NCBI RefSeq assembly: GCF_016433145.1
Contig: NC_058133.1
Coordinates: forward strand, 257,101,560 to 257,165,559
Length of the DNA: 64,000 bases
DNA from: Gracilinanus agilis
Lineage: Eukaryota
Direction of reading: 5' to 3'
Of this stretch, positions 61,720 to 64,000 are shown in pieces (position 1 is the first letter of the stretch; each line of letters opens with the position of its first letter). The position numbers were made by a program, and so were the translations under genes. The notes beneath the pieces were generated by a model. That model saw only the letters and a list, made by a program, of their open reading frames with translations. It was not told the DNA's origin and did no database searches.

Positions 61720-62600
61720 GCTAAAGGTGTTGTTTACTTCAATTTTAGAAAAGAGCATTTAACATCTCTCATGCTATTCTTGTGTGAAAGATAAAATAGA
61801 CATTAATGATTCTATGTCAGCTTGAAAGAAGCTTCCTAGCAATGTATTTGGTCATTTTATCTAGTGACTTGGGAAAAGGCCTCAATGTTTACTATATTTA
61901 CAAGTGGCACAAAGTTGGAAAGAACAGCTAGCAAACTAGATGACTAAAAGTCAGGTCTTACCACTGAATTTACTACAGTGAAATTTAATAGGAATGATGT
62001 CTAATTTTAACAAATCAACTTTAAAAGCACAAGATGGGGGAGGCAAAGCTAGACAAAAAAATATCTGAGATGCCTTTAGTGGACCTAAAAGATTAGTGTA
62101 AAACAATCTTGAACTGAAAGCCATAGTCAGGATAGAGAAATAGCACTGCTGTCTTCATGCCTGATCAGACTATACATATGGAATAGGGTGTTGAATTCTG
62201 GGTAACCATATATTAGGAAGGATAGTCATTGATAAGTCAGATGGTATTCAGAAGAGAGGATCCAGATAATCAAGGACCTCAAATGCTATGGGAGGATCAC
62301 TTAAGGAAATGAGGGTATTTAAAAAAAAAACTGAAGAGAAGACTTACAAGTGGGGATATAACAACTACTAAGATTTGAATGGCTGTTACAGGAGAAGATT
62401 GATTAACCTTGTTCTAATTAGTTCTAGAGGGCTGAAATGGAAGTTGCAGAGAGGCAAAGTGAAATTTGACACAAAGAAAAACTGAGCATTTCAGAAGCAC
62501 CTTAAAGTGGACCCAGGAAGAAATGAGACTCTTTTCCAGGAAATCTGTGAGCAAAAGCTGGATCCACTATCATGGAGTACATTATAACATATTTGATGCT
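61720..62600 (+). mobile_element. Old L3/CR1 3' fragment in LSM2 intron 2
   Basis: CR1-like RT/3' sequence (…gaaatttaatagga…, …ttcagaagagagga…, …gaagttgcagagaggca…). Boundaries approximate. Confidence 0.5.
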
Positions 62601-64000
62601 TATTTAGGTAGTCTGCCTATGGCCACTTCCTCCTTACACCAATCTATTAATACATTACATCATTATACACAAGAGTCCTTAATTGAAGGGAAACCTTTTA
62701 AATATGGCTTGTTGTGAGTATACCAAGTCTTCTTTTATTTATTCTTGGGGGAGGGAGTAAAGACATGATAACTTGGTACCTGTAGAATAGTAAAAGAATG
62801 GATTCATAAGGAAGAGCACTGAAAGGCCTCTTCCACCCCCAATTATACCTTATGAGTTCTTCAGTAAAGGAAAAAAGTCCCTTAGAATAGTCTCACTTTC
62901 AGTGGGTGCTGAGATTTTATGTAAACACTGAGGGCTGTTACATAGAAATGACCAAATGATACACAAAACCTAGGTAGAATATAAGAAGGTAGGAAAATGG
63001 AGTGTGAGGCAAAACAAGGCAAATTTTACCTTCACAATTTTGCCTAGGACTTATTCTATCCTCTGTAATGAATGGCCTTACTCCACATCCTGGACTCTGT
63101 ACAATTAAAAATTTGTACTCAATAACAAAAATGTCAAAAAGTAAATGAATTCTTATCCATATGACTCTATCCAACAAAAATTTATTTGCATAGGGGCCAG
63201 GTTGAAAAGAGATTTAAATGCCAAAGAAAGAACTTTATACATGGTCCTGGAGATAATAGAAAGCCACTGAAGGAGTGGCATTAATCCGAGGAGTAGAGGA
63301 ATTATATGATCAGATTTCCACTTCAGGAATACAATTTTTGGTAGCTGGGTGAAAGACGGATTAGAGTCAGGAGAGACTTGAGAAAAAGTCAGCAAGTAGG
63401 CCAGAATGGCACAGGAGAGGTAGGAAGGTGGTAAAGAGCTTTAAATGTTAAACAAAGGACTGTATATATGATGCTGGAGCTAATAGGAGTCTATGGAGTT
63501 TGGGGAAGGAGAGGACTATGACATGGTCAGACCTATATTTTAACAAAATCACTTTAAGAAGAACAAAAATGAAATCACTTTTAGTAGCTGTATGGAGAGT
63601 AAACTGGAGTGGGAGGAAGAGAATTGAGACAGGGATAAATTAGAAAGTTACTGCAATAGTCTAGGAAAGAGATGATGAGCGTTCTGCTCCAGCCAGACCC
63701 GACTGGCTGTCTTCTGAAAATACTGTGCTCATTGGACCTCTACTCAGTCTTTCACCCTGCAATCTCTTCTTGGTTCCCTAAATTCTCCCATCTCCATATC
63801 TCTCAAGATCCACATCCTGAGCCCCAAGCCACTAAGGACCAATCTCTATTAACCAGTGATTCCTACAACATATATTTCATATACCAGTAATATATAACTG
63901 GTAATATATTATCTGGTACTATTTTTTAATCTGTCCCTTTTGCAAGACTGATAAGCCCATCTGGACAGTAAAGCTTAAAAGTTGGGATTGTGTCATTTAC

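Overview
Vertebrate genomic DNA from a marsupial, most likely a didelphid opossum such as Monodelphis (inferred from SINE1_Mdo-like and Mar1-like SINEs, marsupial-type L1 ends and abundant L2/MIR). It is the central MHC class III region, with the human gene order intact: MSH5 (+, exons 7-25, entered mid-exon), SAPCD1 (+, complete, 149 aa), VWA7 (-, complete, 886 aa), VARS1 (-, complete, 1264 aa) and the last three exons of LSM2 (-). I traced all exons by hand: every one has GT-AG boundaries and compatible phases, with no frameshifts or premature stops. A 188-N gap lies in VARS1 intron 9 and removes no exon. Introns and the ~11 kb VARS1-LSM2 interval hold nested SINEs, L1/L2/L3 fragments, solo LTRs, an ERV-like block and four hAT MITEs with perfect 8-bp TSDs. 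The most unusual observation is a decayed copy of VARS1 exon 13 inside VARS1 intron 10. It is followed by a poly(A) tract, flanked by a 9/10 direct repeat, and has splice signals that would make it an in-frame, stop-containing cassette exon. I found no convincing evidence of a wholly new gene system. Repeat family names and human comparisons come from memory and need database confirmation.
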